This document shows positions 1-8,623 of a stretch of 64,000 nt of DNA, piece by piece. Position 1 is the first letter of the stretch. Each line of letters opens with the position of its first letter. Position numbers and translations under genes: made by a program. Source of the stretch: Dehalococcoidia bacterium (GTDB lineage Bacteria; Chloroflexota; Dehalococcoidia; Lucifugimonadales; Australimonadaceae); NCBI GenBank assembly GCA_965248065.1, contig OZ252088.1:1740773-1804772 (forward strand). Direction: 5' to 3'. Under the pieces are notes generated by a model that saw only the letters and a program-made list of their open reading frames with translations, was not told the DNA's origin and made no database searches.

Positions 1-429
1 CAGGAACGCTCCTCGCGCCTCTTGCTCCTCGCGCGTGCGCCGTCGAAGGAGGCGGGGCCGATCGCGGAGTCCATCGCCCGGATGCTGGGGCCGTTGCCGC
101 CGGAGTTTCGCCAGACGGTGACCTTCGACAATGGGACCGAGTTCACCCGTCACTACGAGCTCCACCGGTTGGGCATCGAGACGTTCTTCTGCGACACGTA
201 CTCGCCGTGGCAGAAGGGGGGAGTGGAGAACGCGATCGGCCGGCTGCGGCGGTTCCTGCCGCGGGGGACGAATCTGGGGGAGGTGTCGGATGAGCGGTTT
301 GCGCTGATCGGGCAGGCGTACAACAATACGCCGCGCAAGTGCCTGGGCTACCGGACACCGGCGGGGGTCGTCGAGGAGCAGGTGTTGCACTTCAAATGTG
401 GATTCACCTTCCCGCCTTCGCGGGAATGA
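1..429 (+). CDS. IS30-family DDE transposase, C-terminal fragment (5' end off-window)
   Basis: Frame 1 is open from base 1. The translation ..SRLLLLARAPSKEA..TVTFDNGTEF..SPWQKGGVENAIGRLRRFLPRGT..NNTPRKCLGYRTPA matches the IS30 catalytic core. The last codons run into a hairpin repeat. Confidence 0.8.
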   Translation, partial: QERSSRLLLLARAPSKEAGPIAESIARMLGPLPPEFRQTVTFDNGTEFTRHYELHRLGIETFFCDTYSPWQKGGVENAIGRLRRFLPRGTNLGEVSDERFALIGQAYNNTPRKCLGYRTPAGVVEEQVLHFKCGFTFPPSRE

Positions 430-430
430 C
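401..430 (+). repeat. Hairpin repeat family M1 (TTCCCGCCTKCGCGGGAATGAC, dRS3-like), copy 1
   Basis: TTCCCGCCTTCGCGGGAATGAC has a CCCGC/GCGGG stem. The same motif recurs at 1696, 52870 and 56347, with inverted variants at 19108 and 21246. Confidence 0.8.
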
Positions 431-448
431 GGGGGGGGGGGGGGGGGG
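431..448. repeat. 18-nt poly-G homopolymer
   Basis: An uninterrupted run of 18 G lies directly after the M1 hairpin and the transposase stop. Confidence 0.95.
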
Positions 449-468
449 TCCCGCAGAGGGGCGCGCGT

Positions 469-1506
469 TTAGCGGTGGGCGACCTTCATGTTCGCGACAT
501 CCGGCGTCGTCACTCCCAGGTCGCTCCAGCTGTCGCCGCCGTCTTTGCTCGTGAACAGGCGGCCTGAGCGGGTGGCCACGAACACGCGGCCGGCGGCCTC
601 GGGGTCGACGGCTATCGCCTCGGGGAAGCCGCGGACCACCTCTTCTCCCGCGTGGAGCTCGTGCCAGGTCTCGCCGGCGTCGCGCGAGCGGATAAGGGCA
701 GCCTCGGCACCGGACTCGCGGGCGCGCCACTGGCCGGGGTTGCCGTTGGCCACGGCCGAGTACATGACGGACGGGTCCGCCGGGTCGTACGCGAAGGGGA
801 CCGAGTACTCGTTGCGGAACTCAAGTGCGATTGGAATCCAGCTCTCTCCGCCATCGAGGCTTCGGTACAGACTGCGCCCGGGGGCCTTGCCGGACCGCAT
901 GCCCTCGCCGCCGCTGGATATGTAGATGTGGCTCGTGTCGCGGGGGTCGACGATGACGGCATGGACGTCCTCGTCGAGTCCGTTGTCGAGCAGGCGCCAC
1001 GTCGCGCCGCCGTCGGTCGTCTTCAGCATGTAGCCCACCTGAAGGGCCGCGTAGATGGCGCCTGAATCGTTTGGGTCGACGGTGATGTCGCGCACGTGGG
1101 GCTCGACGATCGGGACGGGGTAGCCGACGCCCGCGACGCTTGGGAAGTTGCGGACCGACTCGATCTCGGTCCAAGTCGCTCCGCCGTCCACGCTCTTCCA
1201 CATGCTGATGGGTTCGCCGCCGGCGTAGACGGTCTGCGGGTCGTGGGGGTCCACCGTGACGCAGCGGACCTTCCCCGGCGCAACCCTTCCGTAGGAGGGC
1301 TTGGACCAGTGCCCACCGCCGTCCTCGCTGCGCCACACGCCGTCTCCGCGCGTGCCGGCGAGGACGTGGCCAGGCTTGCCCGGCACGGCCTCGACCTCAG
1401 TGACTTCCCATCCTTTGAGGTCGTGGTGGGCGATGGCCCATGCCCCGCCGTCCTCCGCGACCGTCAACACTCCGTTACGCGTTCCCAGGTAAAGGACTGT
1501 TCCCAT
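469..1506 (-). CDS. BNR/Asp-box repeat beta-propeller protein
   Basis: Repeated S-x-D-x-G-x-T-W motifs (SEDGGGHW, SVDGGATW, TTDGGATW, SLDGGESW, SRDAGETW, SKDGGDSW). ATG at 1506 (MGTVLYLG); the longer ORF upstream crosses repeat DNA. Confidence 0.8.
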   Translation of the reverse strand: MGTVLYLGTRNGVLTVAEDGGAWAIAHHDLKGWEVTEVEAVPGKPGHVLAGTRGDGVWRSEDGGGHWSKPSYGRVAPGKVRCVTVDPHDPQTVYAGGEPISMWKSVDGGATWTEIESVRNFPSVAGVGYPVPIVEPHVRDITVDPNDSGAIYAALQVGYMLKTTDGGATWRLLDNGLDEDVHAVIVDPRDTSHIYISSGGEGMRSGKAPGRSLYRSLDGGESWIPIALEFRNEYSVPFAYDPADPSVMYSAVANGNPGQWRARESGAEAALIRSRDAGETWHELHAGEEVVRGFPEAIAVDPEAAGRVFVATRSGRLFTSKDGGDSWSDLGVTTPDVANMKVAHR

Positions 1507-1596
1507 GCCGGAGCCTCCTCCCAAGCGTATCGGCGTGAGCGTACCGGAAACGGACGCGCGCCGCCATAAGGGGGCATTCCCGGCCCCTTCGCGCAC

Positions 1597-1639
1597 GGCC
1601 CCCTCTCTAACTCTCCCCCTAGACGAGACCTTTGCGTAT
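1597..1639 (+). repeat. Repeat family M2 (GGCCCCCTCTCTAACTCTCCCCC..GAGACCTTTGCGTA)
   Basis: Near-identical strings at 21674, 50954 and (inverted) 51201. Related CCCCCGCAGACGGGGG hairpins at 15950 and 32940. Confidence 0.8.
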
Positions 1640-1695
1640 CTGCTGCTTGAGGGGTGTTCTTCTTGTCGCCTTCCCTGTCTGCACTCCCGCGCACC

Positions 1696-1730
1696 CTGGA
1701 TTCCCGCTTTCGCGGGAATGACGGAAGGGG
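1696..1730 (+). repeat. M1 hairpin repeat, copy 2
   Basis: The sequence is CTGGATTCCCGCTTTCGCGGGAATGACGGAAGGGG. Confidence 0.85.
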
Positions 1731-3248
1731 TCAGCCTTCGAAGACCAGCGACTTGACCACTACGGGGATCGCCTCCACGGACTCCAGCTGTTCGCCGAGG
1801 TCGATGAAGTTGAACTCGCCTACGGTGATGCCGTCGACGACGATGACGTCCTGCTCGACCTTGCGCTCGTTCTTGAGCATCGAGCCGATCAGCCCTGCGA
1901 CATCCGCGCTCAGGACAATCGTCCAGGTGTGCTCGGTGAGGGGCGCCAGCGCGTCGTATATCGCATCGCACATCGCCTTGATCGAGTCGTAGGTCGGAAT
2001 CACGGGGCCCAGCAGGGCGAGGGCTATCGGCTTGCCGATATCGTGGTGCGCGATGTCGAGCCGCTGGAATCCCTCTGAGATGGCGTGTTCCACCGACTCT
2101 TTGTTGATGTCGTTCGGGTCGGCCGGGAGGTAGGCTGGCACGACCTGGAGGTCGAGGTGCGGCAGCAGCTCCGGCTTCGATACGAACACGGTGCTGGACG
2201 ACACCTGGACGGTGTACTGCGATGCGCCGATGACCGTCGCGCGGATGCGCTCCGCGCTGCCCGACAGGGGCACGCCCAAGGACGGCAGGCGTCTGCGCAC
2301 GGCCGCGCCGAACAGGGGACCCAGGTCGCCGTAGTCCTGCTTGTCGTAGTCGTAGACGTACTCCGCTACGCCGCCGGAGAACCCGATGTCGTCGATCTGC
2401 TCCTTGAACTGCAGCGGACCAGAGATAATCAGCTCGGAGGCGAGGGGGGAGTAGTCCCCGCGTTCGAGGACTTCGAAGAGGAGGTCCGCCAGCTTCTCAG
2501 CGACCTTCTCCTTTTCCTCCTCCTCCATCCGCTTGCCGATCTCGACGTTCACGCCGACGCTGCGGGCGATGACTCGTCCCGCCTCCTCGACGCGCTCGAC
2601 GACGCTGTCCGGGTCCCAAGCGATGAGGCGCGCGCCGATGTTGATGGCCATGGTCTCGACGACCTTGCCGTTCTGGACGATGGCGACCTTGGTCGTGCCG
2701 CCGCCCATGTCCACGTTCATCCCGGCGTTGACCTTGAGCGAGCGAACGACGGCGCCGGAGCCGTGCGCGCCCAGGATGCCCTCGAGGTTCGGGCCGGCGG
2801 TCGCGCAGACGAAGCGTCCGCCGGCCGCCGCGAGCATACGTACGATCGCCTCGGAGTTGTGCTTGCGGACGGCCTCGCCCGTGCAGATGACGGCGCCCGT
2901 GTCGATGTCGTCGGGCTCCAGCTCGGCCTCGGCGTAGCTGGCCTTCACGAACTCGCCGAGGGCGTCGGTGTCGATCGTGTCGGGGTTGGAATAGGGGGTA
3001 AGCAGGATAGGAGAGCGGTGGAGCACCTGGCGGAACACCACCTCGAACTCGCTCGACATTTCGGTGCTGCGGCGCCGCATGACGAGCTTGGAGAACATGA
3101 GGTGCGACGTCGACGAGCCGATGTCGATGCCGACGCTCGTCAGCCGCAGCCAGTCCGGGTTGATGGGGAAACCGTCGTCAGCGATAGAGCCGAAGACCAC
3201 CTCGTCTTCCGCTCCGAAATGTCCGTGCTCCCAAGGATCGTCGTGCAT
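1731..3248 (-). CDS. EutA-like (ethanolamine ammonia-lyase reactivase / GlmL-type) ASKHA-fold protein
   Basis: SVGIDIGSSTSHLMFS..TGEAVRKHN..ATAGPNLEGILGAHGSGA..NVDMGGGTTKVA aligns along its length with EutA. ATG at 3248 (MHDDPWEH) is preferred over the 3371 ORF start. Confidence 0.7.
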   Translation of the reverse strand: MHDDPWEHGHFGAEDEVVFGSIADDGFPINPDWLRLTSVGIDIGSSTSHLMFSKLVMRRRSTEMSSEFEVVFRQVLHRSPILLTPYSNPDTIDTDALGEFVKASYAEAELEPDDIDTGAVICTGEAVRKHNSEAIVRMLAAAGGRFVCATAGPNLEGILGAHGSGAVVRSLKVNAGMNVDMGGGTTKVAIVQNGKVVETMAINIGARLIAWDPDSVVERVEEAGRVIARSVGVNVEIGKRMEEEEKEKVAEKLADLLFEVLERGDYSPLASELIISGPLQFKEQIDDIGFSGGVAEYVYDYDKQDYGDLGPLFGAAVRRRLPSLGVPLSGSAERIRATVIGASQYTVQVSSSTVFVSKPELLPHLDLQVVPAYLPADPNDINKESVEHAISEGFQRLDIAHHDIGKPIALALLGPVIPTYDSIKAMCDAIYDALAPLTEHTWTIVLSADVAGLIGSMLKNERKVEQDVIVVDGITVGEFNFIDLGEQLESVEAIPVVVKSLVFEG

Positions 3249-3421
3249 GAGGCCGCCTTTCAGAATACGGACGCGCGTGGACAGAGCCGGGAGTAGTGGG
3301 ACCTCGGCTCGCCTGAACGCCGCGCGACCGGGAATCCCGGCAATCTTATGCTCCGACGCGAGCAGCGGCAAGGCGGGGGGCCTAGTCCCAGGCTACCCCG
3401 CTACCTCGCCAGTCAATGACC

Positions 3422-3557
3422 CCTATGGTAACTGTTCAGACTTCGTGAGTTCTTCTTGACCAGGGTATCGCCGAGAGACCAACTTTACCTCTGACTAAGG
3501 TCATATCCCCCGGCTCCGCAGGCATTCGCCTCATCAACTCTGAACAGTTACCTATGG
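3422..3557. promoter_or_regulatory. 19-bp imperfect inverted repeat pair in a divergent promoter gap
   Basis: CCTATGGTAACTGTTCAGA (3422-3440) versus TCTGAACAGTTACCTATGG (3539-3557), 17/19 complementary. The ~100-bp interior is visibly less GC-rich and contains TTGACC and a TGACTAAGGTCA palindrome. Confidence 0.5.
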
Positions 3558-3631
3558 ATGCCGATTATGCCGCACCACCCTAAGCGTATAGTACATAGGA
3601 GAACAATCGAGGACCGTGGAGGCCCGGCGCG

Positions 3632-4531
3632 ATGAGTATGGTGATTCAGACAGAGAACCTGACGAAGGACTTCGGCAAGGTCCGGGCCGTTTCCAACGTG
3701 AATTTGGAGGTCAGGGAGGGCGAGGTCTTCGGCTACTTGGGGCCGAACGGGGCAGGCAAGTCCACGACCATACGGGTCTTGATGGACTACATCAGGGCGA
3801 CGGCCGGCGCCGCCTCGGTCTTCGGGCTCGACTCTCGCGCTCATAGCCAGGAGATCAAGAGCCGGACGGCCTACCTCCCCGGCGACATCGCGCTATACGA
3901 ACGCATGACGGGGAGGCAGCTCATCACCTACTTTGCCAATCTGAGCGGCGGAGTCGACTGGCTCCACGTCGAGCGCCTGTCCGACCGGCTGCGCTGCGAG
4001 CTGTACCAGCCGATCAGGTCGCTGTCGCGCGGCAACAAACAGAAGATCGGGCTCGTGCAGGCGTTCATGCACCGGACCGAGCTGATAATCATGGACGAGC
4101 CGTCCAGTGGCCTCGACCCCCTCATGCAGCAGGAATTCTACGCCATCGTGGAAGAGGTCAAGGCCGAGGGGAGGACCGTCTTCATCTCCTCTCATATCAT
4201 GCCGGAGGTCGAGCGCATATGCGATCGCGTCGGGATAATCAGGCGGGGTGAGATCGTCGTGGTCGAGGACGTTGACGCCTTAAAGGAGCGGGCGTTCCAC
4301 CAGATGGAGCTTCACTTCTCGCAGCCCGTTCCCAGTGAGGCTTTCGTCGATCTTCCGGGCGTCCAGGACGTTACCGTCGAGGGCAGCGTGGTCAAGTGCA
4401 CCGTCGTGGGTTGGCCGGATGCGCTGATAAAGGCAGCGGGGCGGTTCGAGGTCACGAGGCTCGTCAGCCAGGAGCCGCATCTGGAGGATGTGTTCCTCTC
4501 ATACTACGGGGATGGCGACTCCGATGCTTAG
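3632..4531 (+). CDS. ABC transporter ATP-binding protein (ABC-2/NatA-like)
   Basis: Walker A GPNGAGKST, signature LSRGNKQK, Walker B LIIMDEPSSGLD. Confidence 0.9.
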   Translation: MSMVIQTENLTKDFGKVRAVSNVNLEVREGEVFGYLGPNGAGKSTTIRVLMDYIRATAGAASVFGLDSRAHSQEIKSRTAYLPGDIALYERMTGRQLITYFANLSGGVDWLHVERLSDRLRCELYQPIRSLSRGNKQKIGLVQAFMHRTELIIMDEPSSGLDPLMQQEFYAIVEEVKAEGRTVFISSHIMPEVERICDRVGIIRRGEIVVVEDVDALKERAFHQMELHFSQPVPSEAFVDLPGVQDVTVEGSVVKCTVVGWPDALIKAAGRFEVTRLVSQEPHLEDVFLSYYGDGDSDA

Positions 4532-5321
4532 GAACGTGTTCTTGAAGAGCCTGTGGGACCAGCGCCGCTCGCTGGCGTGGTGGACCATTGCCCTGGCGGC
4601 GACCGCCATCCTAACCACCCTCTTCTATCCGAGTTTCAAGGACGCCACGGACCTTAACGAGCTGATGGGCAGCGAGGACTCCATCATGCGGGCCTTCGCC
4701 GGCAACATCGAGGACATCACGTCGCCGGAGGGATTCCTCAATAGTCAGCTGTACTTCCTGCTCTTCCCGGTTCTCCTAATCGTCTTCGGCATATCCGCCG
4801 GCAGCGGGGCCGTGGCCGGGGAGGAGGAGAGGGGCACTCTTAGCCTGCTCCTGTCTCACCCCGTGCGAAGGGTCACAATCGTCCTGCATAAGCTCAGCGC
4901 CATGATCGTGTCGATTCTGGCCCTCGCCTTCGTACTCTGGCTGGGAGTTGTGCTAGGGACCCTGATTGTAAGCATGGAGATCAGTCCGATCAGAGTCGCC
5001 GAGGTTACCCTGAGCTGCGCGCTGCTGGGCATAATCTTCGGAGGGTTTAGCCTGGCATTGGGGTGCGCGACCGGCAGGCGGGGGACGACGATAGGCATAT
5101 CGGGAGCCGCATGCACTATGACCTACCTGCTCAACGCGCTGCGGCCGATGGTCGATGTGCTCGAACCAACGAGGTTCGTAACACCCTTCTACTACTACAT
5201 CGAGGCGGACCCGCTGAGCAACGGCCTCGACCCGATACACGCCGGGGTCTTGGCGGCGGCGACCCTGCTGCTATCACTGGCGGCCGTCTTCACCTTCGAG
5301 CGTAGAGACCTCGTCACATAG
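4524..5321 (+). CDS. ABC-2 family transporter permease
   Basis: Multi-pass hydrophobic protein. The ATG at 4524 overlaps the upstream TAG (ATGCTTAG), so the two genes appear translationally coupled. Confidence 0.75.
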   Translation: MLRNVFLKSLWDQRRSLAWWTIALAATAILTTLFYPSFKDATDLNELMGSEDSIMRAFAGNIEDITSPEGFLNSQLYFLLFPVLLIVFGISAGSGAVAGEEERGTLSLLLSHPVRRVTIVLHKLSAMIVSILALAFVLWLGVVLGTLIVSMEISPIRVAEVTLSCALLGIIFGGFSLALGCATGRRGTTIGISGAACTMTYLLNALRPMVDVLEPTRFVTPFYYYIEADPLSNGLDPIHAGVLAAATLLLSLAAVFTFERRDLVT

Positions 5322-5416
5322 CCATACGGCTCTCCTGCCAGCAGCACAAGAACAATCATTCCCCGCAAATGGCCTCGGTCATTGCTCTGGGGGCTTGACT
5401 TCCTACCGCCAGATTC

Positions 5417-5448
5417 ATAACCTATAGATTATACAACTAGAAGGTTAT
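5417..5448. promoter_or_regulatory. Candidate ArsR/SmtB operator (ATAACCT-N18-AGGTTAT)
   Basis: A perfect 7-bp inverted repeat lies in an AT-rich stretch just upstream of the ArsR ATG, with TTGACT at 5394-5399. Confidence 0.45.
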
Positions 5449-5454
5449 AGACGA

Positions 5455-5802
5455 ATGATCGCTGAAGGCCTCGACGCTACGCTTGCCGCGCTTGCCGACC
5501 CCACTAGGCGGGCGATCCTCGCGCGCCTGGCTTCAGGCGAAGCGTCGGTTAAAGAGCTAGCGGAGCCCTTCGAGATGAGCCAGCCGGCCATCTCGAAGCA
5601 CCTCAAGGTGCTGGAGAGGGCGGGGCTTATCTCGCGTGGACGGGATGGGCAGCGGCGGCCATGCCGCATCGAGGCCAAGCCTCTCGCGGAGGTCGCCGAC
5701 TACATCGAGCGGTACCGCGGCTTTTGGGAGGAAGGGTTCGGCCGCTTGGACGAGTACTTGCAGGAACTGAAGAAGGAAGAAAGAGAAGGAGGATCAGGGT
5801 GA
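5455..5802 (+). CDS. ArsR/SmtB family transcriptional regulator
   Basis: LADPTRRAILARLASGEASVKELAEPFEMSQPAISKHLKVLERAGLI is a canonical ArsR wHTH. Confidence 0.9.
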   Translation: MIAEGLDATLAALADPTRRAILARLASGEASVKELAEPFEMSQPAISKHLKVLERAGLISRGRDGQRRPCRIEAKPLAEVADYIERYRGFWEEGFGRLDEYLQELKKEEREGGSG

Positions 5803-6263
5803 CTCAAGGGGATAGCGTGGAGATCGTCATAGAGCGCGTGTTCGATGCGCCGCGGGAGATGGTGTGGAAGGCGTGGACGGAGCCTGAGCACATCGCGCAG
5901 TGGTGGGGACCGCGGGGGTGCACGACACGCGTCGAGGAGTTCGACTTCCGCCCGGGAGGAACCTGGCGGTACGTCATGCTGACTCCCGACGGTTCCGAGA
6001 TGCCGCAGAGTGGCGTCTTCCGCGAGATTGCCGCGCCGGAGACTATCGTGACATCGGCTGAGTTCGGGGTGGGCGCCGGTCTCACTCACGAGGTGGTCTT
6101 GACCTGGCGGTTCGAGGACTTTGGGGAGAAGACGAAGCTCACCATGCGTATAGCGCATCCATCGGCCGAAATCCGCCGCCAGCACGAGGAGGTGGGCGTG
6201 GTCATGGGTTGGAACTCGAACTTCGATAGCTTGGACGATTACCTAACGGCGCTTGCGGCGTAA
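5799..6263 (+). CDS. SRPBCC / AHSA1 (Aha1-like) domain protein
   Basis: IERVFDAPREMVWKAWTEPEHIAQWWGP is typical of ArsR-linked SRPBCC proteins. The GTG start overlaps the ArsR TGA (GTGA). Confidence 0.8.
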   Translation: MTQGDSVEIVIERVFDAPREMVWKAWTEPEHIAQWWGPRGCTTRVEEFDFRPGGTWRYVMLTPDGSEMPQSGVFREIAAPETIVTSAEFGVGAGLTHEVVLTWRFEDFGEKTKLTMRIAHPSAEIRRQHEEVGVVMGWNSNFDSLDDYLTALAA

Positions 6264-6311
6264 TCGGGCCACGGGGTTGCACCGAGCGAGGGGAGAGGAC
6301 GCAGGCGTTCC

Positions 6312-6340
6312 TTGACGCTCTAGGTCATTGGTAGTAAAAA
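6312..6340 (+). promoter_or_regulatory. Sigma-70-like promoter candidate (TTGACG-17-TAAAAA)
   Basis: The hexamers have a 17-nt spacer and lie ~65 nt upstream of the bicupin ATG. Confidence 0.4.
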
Positions 6341-6351
6341 CGGTCGCAGCC

Positions 6352-6380
6352 AGCGCCTGCCGTCCCTCTCGGCAGGCGCT
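6352..6380 (+). promoter_or_regulatory. 10-bp stem hairpin in the bicupin 5' leader
   Basis: AGCGCCTGCC / GGCAGGCGCT stem with a 9-nt loop. Loop TCCCTCTC (6363-6370) is perfectly complementary to GAGAGGGA (6387-6394), which overlaps the Shine-Dalgarno. Confidence 0.5.
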
Positions 6381-6404
6381 TTCATCGAGAGGGAGAACTC
6401 GACC

Positions 6405-7529
6405 ATGACCCAGCTCACCCCCAAGCCCGAGGTAAGGCAGGACCAGGAGCGCGTTTCCAAGGTCAGCGCCTATCAGACGTTCATCGACGGCGAGGGCGTT
6501 CCCAACATTACCGGCTTCGCGGTCGACGACGTGCGCGCGGTCGGGGTCGAGCCCTGGGCGCGGCTCGATTGCTTGGGCGCGTACATCAACCTCGACGGCA
6601 ACGCCGGGACGAACGACTGCTACGTGGCCGAGATTCCCGCGGGCGGGAAGATGGCGCCGGAGAAGCACTTGTTCGAGGAGAACATCTACGTGCTGCGGGG
6701 CAGGGGAGCGACGCTCGTGGGCGACGACCCGAACAGCCGGACCTCGTTCGAGTGGAAGGAAGGCAGCGTCTTCTCGATTCCCCTCAACGTTTGGCATCAG
6801 CACCTGAACGGCTCCGGCTCCGAGTCTGCGCGGTTCTTGGCCGTCACGACGCTGCCGCTGGTCCTCAATTTCTTTCACAACCAGGACTTCATCTTCAGCA
6901 ATCCCTTCGTATTCGAGGACCGCATGGGCGACTCGCGGCAGTTCCAGGGCGAGGGGTCCATGTACACGGGCGGCTCCGGCCGGGTGAACGTGTGGGAGAC
7001 GAACTTCATTCCGGATATCGACTCCTTCACCACGTTCAGCTGGAAGGAGCGCGGCGCCGGCGGGTCGAGCGTGATGTTCGAACTGGCGGGCAACACCCAA
7101 GCCGCCCACGTTTCCCAGTTCCCGGTCGGCACCTACAAGAAGGCGCACCGCCACGGTCCCGGCGCCCACGTCGTCATCGTCTCCGGCGACGGCTACAGCC
7201 TCCTCTGGCCGCCGGAGGGCAGCGTGCCGGACGACGTCATCCGCGTCGATTGGAAGCGCGGCGGCCTCATCGTGCCTCCCAACAACTGGTTCCATCAGCA
7301 CTTCAATGGAGGCGCCGCTCCCGCCCGCTACCTCGCCTTCCGCTGGGGGAGCCAGAAGTATGAGTTCGTGTTCGACCCCGGCGAATCGGATCTCAGCGAG
7401 AAGCTGGGCGGCGCGCAGATCGAATACGAGGACGAGGTTCCCTGGGTCCACGACACCTTCGCCGAGACGCTCACCAAGGCGGGCGCCGAGTCCAAGATGG
7501 CCGATTTCATCCCGCGCCTGCGCGGGTAG
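6405..7529 (+). CDS. Bicupin protein (gentisate-dioxygenase-like fold)
   Basis: Two cupin-like halves (..EKHLFEENIYVLRGRG.. and ..HRHGPGAHVVIVSGDG..WFHQHFN). An RBS GAGGGAG precedes the ATG. Confidence 0.65.
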   Translation: MTQLTPKPEVRQDQERVSKVSAYQTFIDGEGVPNITGFAVDDVRAVGVEPWARLDCLGAYINLDGNAGTNDCYVAEIPAGGKMAPEKHLFEENIYVLRGRGATLVGDDPNSRTSFEWKEGSVFSIPLNVWHQHLNGSGSESARFLAVTTLPLVLNFFHNQDFIFSNPFVFEDRMGDSRQFQGEGSMYTGGSGRVNVWETNFIPDIDSFTTFSWKERGAGGSSVMFELAGNTQAAHVSQFPVGTYKKAHRHGPGAHVVIVSGDGYSLLWPPEGSVPDDVIRVDWKRGGLIVPPNNWFHQHFNGGAAPARYLAFRWGSQKYEFVFDPGESDLSEKLGGAQIEYEDEVPWVHDTFAETLTKAGAESKMADFIPRLRG

Positions 7530-7647
7530 GGGCAACCATTTTGCCCTAGCGAAGCCTCCTAAGGGCAAGAGGGAAGACGCACTAGACGGCCTGGCGCACG
7601 GGAGTTAACCGAACGCAAAAAGTGCACTGGGAGCCTGGGGCGATGCC

Positions 7648-8508
7648 TCAGCCTAGGGCCAACGGGTTCGGCTCGGACGACGACGTGATCTCCCACCAGT
7701 TGCGGTCCAGGTCCGACATTACGAACCACGTCTCGCCGTCGTCCTCGCGCGGCTCGCCGAGTTCCGCCACGCCGTCGCGGAGCCGCCCCAGAGTGTCGTG
7801 GGCGGCGAGGACGTCGGCGCGGCTTGCGAGCTTGAGCGTGTAGCGGTTCACCGGGCGCAGGAGCGTCCGCGTCGCCGCGGGCAACACGACGATGTACCAG
7901 GGGGTGTCCGCCGCGCCGATGTAGGTTGCGACATTCCCGCCCCCCACGATCTGCAAGCCCAGGACTTCCGTGTAGAAGCGGCTGCTCGTCTCCTTGTCGT
8001 CGCACTGCATCGTGCCGTGGGAGAGGGCCTGCGGCACGTATCCACGGCCGGGGAAGCGATCGGGAGGCAGCGGGTCGCTCCAATGGCCCGCCGCAATCTG
8101 CCGCCCGTGCAGCGCCGCGCGCTGGTTGTAGTACTCGATCTCGATCGTGTTGCCGCCCGGCTCCTCGATGTATACGGAGTAGGCGAAATGGCTCGCGCGC
8201 GGCCCGTCGATGAGCGTGAGCCCGTACTCCGCTTGCCGCTCGCGGAGGTAGGCCGCCGCCGCGTCGATCTCCGTGTGGTCGGCGACGCGGTAGCCGTAGT
8301 GGTTCGCGTGGGGCTTGGACGGGGCGCCGGGGCCGCCCTCGTGCACTACGAGCCTCCACGGCGTGTTGGGGTGCTTCACCACCGCCGCGCCGCCGCTTCG
8401 CTCGACGACATCGGACGCGAGGAGATCCGTGAATACGGGCAGCGTCTCGTCGAGCGAGCGGCATTCGTAGTGGCCATAGGTCAGGGCCTCTGGACTGAGG
8501 AGCGCCAT
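7648..8508 (-). CDS. VOC (glyoxalase/extradiol dioxygenase) family protein, two-domain
   Basis: ATG at 8508 (MALLSPEAL). A duplicated beta-alpha-beta-beta-beta-type module is present. The 525-aa ORF extension upstream overlaps the opposing gene. Confidence 0.65.
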   Translation of the reverse strand: MALLSPEALTYGHYECRSLDETLPVFTDLLASDVVERSGGAAVVKHPNTPWRLVVHEGGPGAPSKPHANHYGYRVADHTEIDAAAAYLRERQAEYGLTLIDGPRASHFAYSVYIEEPGGNTIEIEYYNQRAALHGRQIAAGHWSDPLPPDRFPGRGYVPQALSHGTMQCDDKETSSRFYTEVLGLQIVGGGNVATYIGAADTPWYIVVLPAATRTLLRPVNRYTLKLASRADVLAAHDTLGRLRDGVAELGEPREDDGETWFVMSDLDRNWWEITSSSEPNPLALG

Positions 8509-8623
8509 TGTCGTTTCCTTCCTGAAACCGGGCCTGAAGCCGGATTTGGCCGGAGCGGGGTTTGGCGCAATGGTAGCCTGTCCGACCACGCAGCCGCCAT
8601 AACCTGTATTGTGGACCACGCCA

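Noticed and set aside
1-429. A complete IS30 element.
   Set aside because: Only the C-terminal part of the transposase is in the window, no terminal inverted repeat could be identified, and the 3' end merges into the unrelated M1 repeat and poly-G.
1731-3248. An ethanolamine utilisation (eut) locus.
   Set aside because: Only the EutA-like gene is present. No eutB/C, microcompartment shell or related genes lie nearby.
2085-3296. Long ORFs on the strand opposite to well-supported genes. Examples are 2085-3296, 6243-7568, 10939-11838, 12916-14166, 14768-16309, 22951-23913, 26559-27860, 27615-28712, 29403-30809, 31017-33263, 41779-42951, 44482-45966, 49143-50855, 56103-58085, 56366-58234 and 61797-63044.
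   Set aside because: These are typical shadow ORFs of GC-rich DNA. They are Arg/Ala/Gly/Pro-dominated with no motifs, and each fully overlaps a gene with clear family signatures on the other strand.
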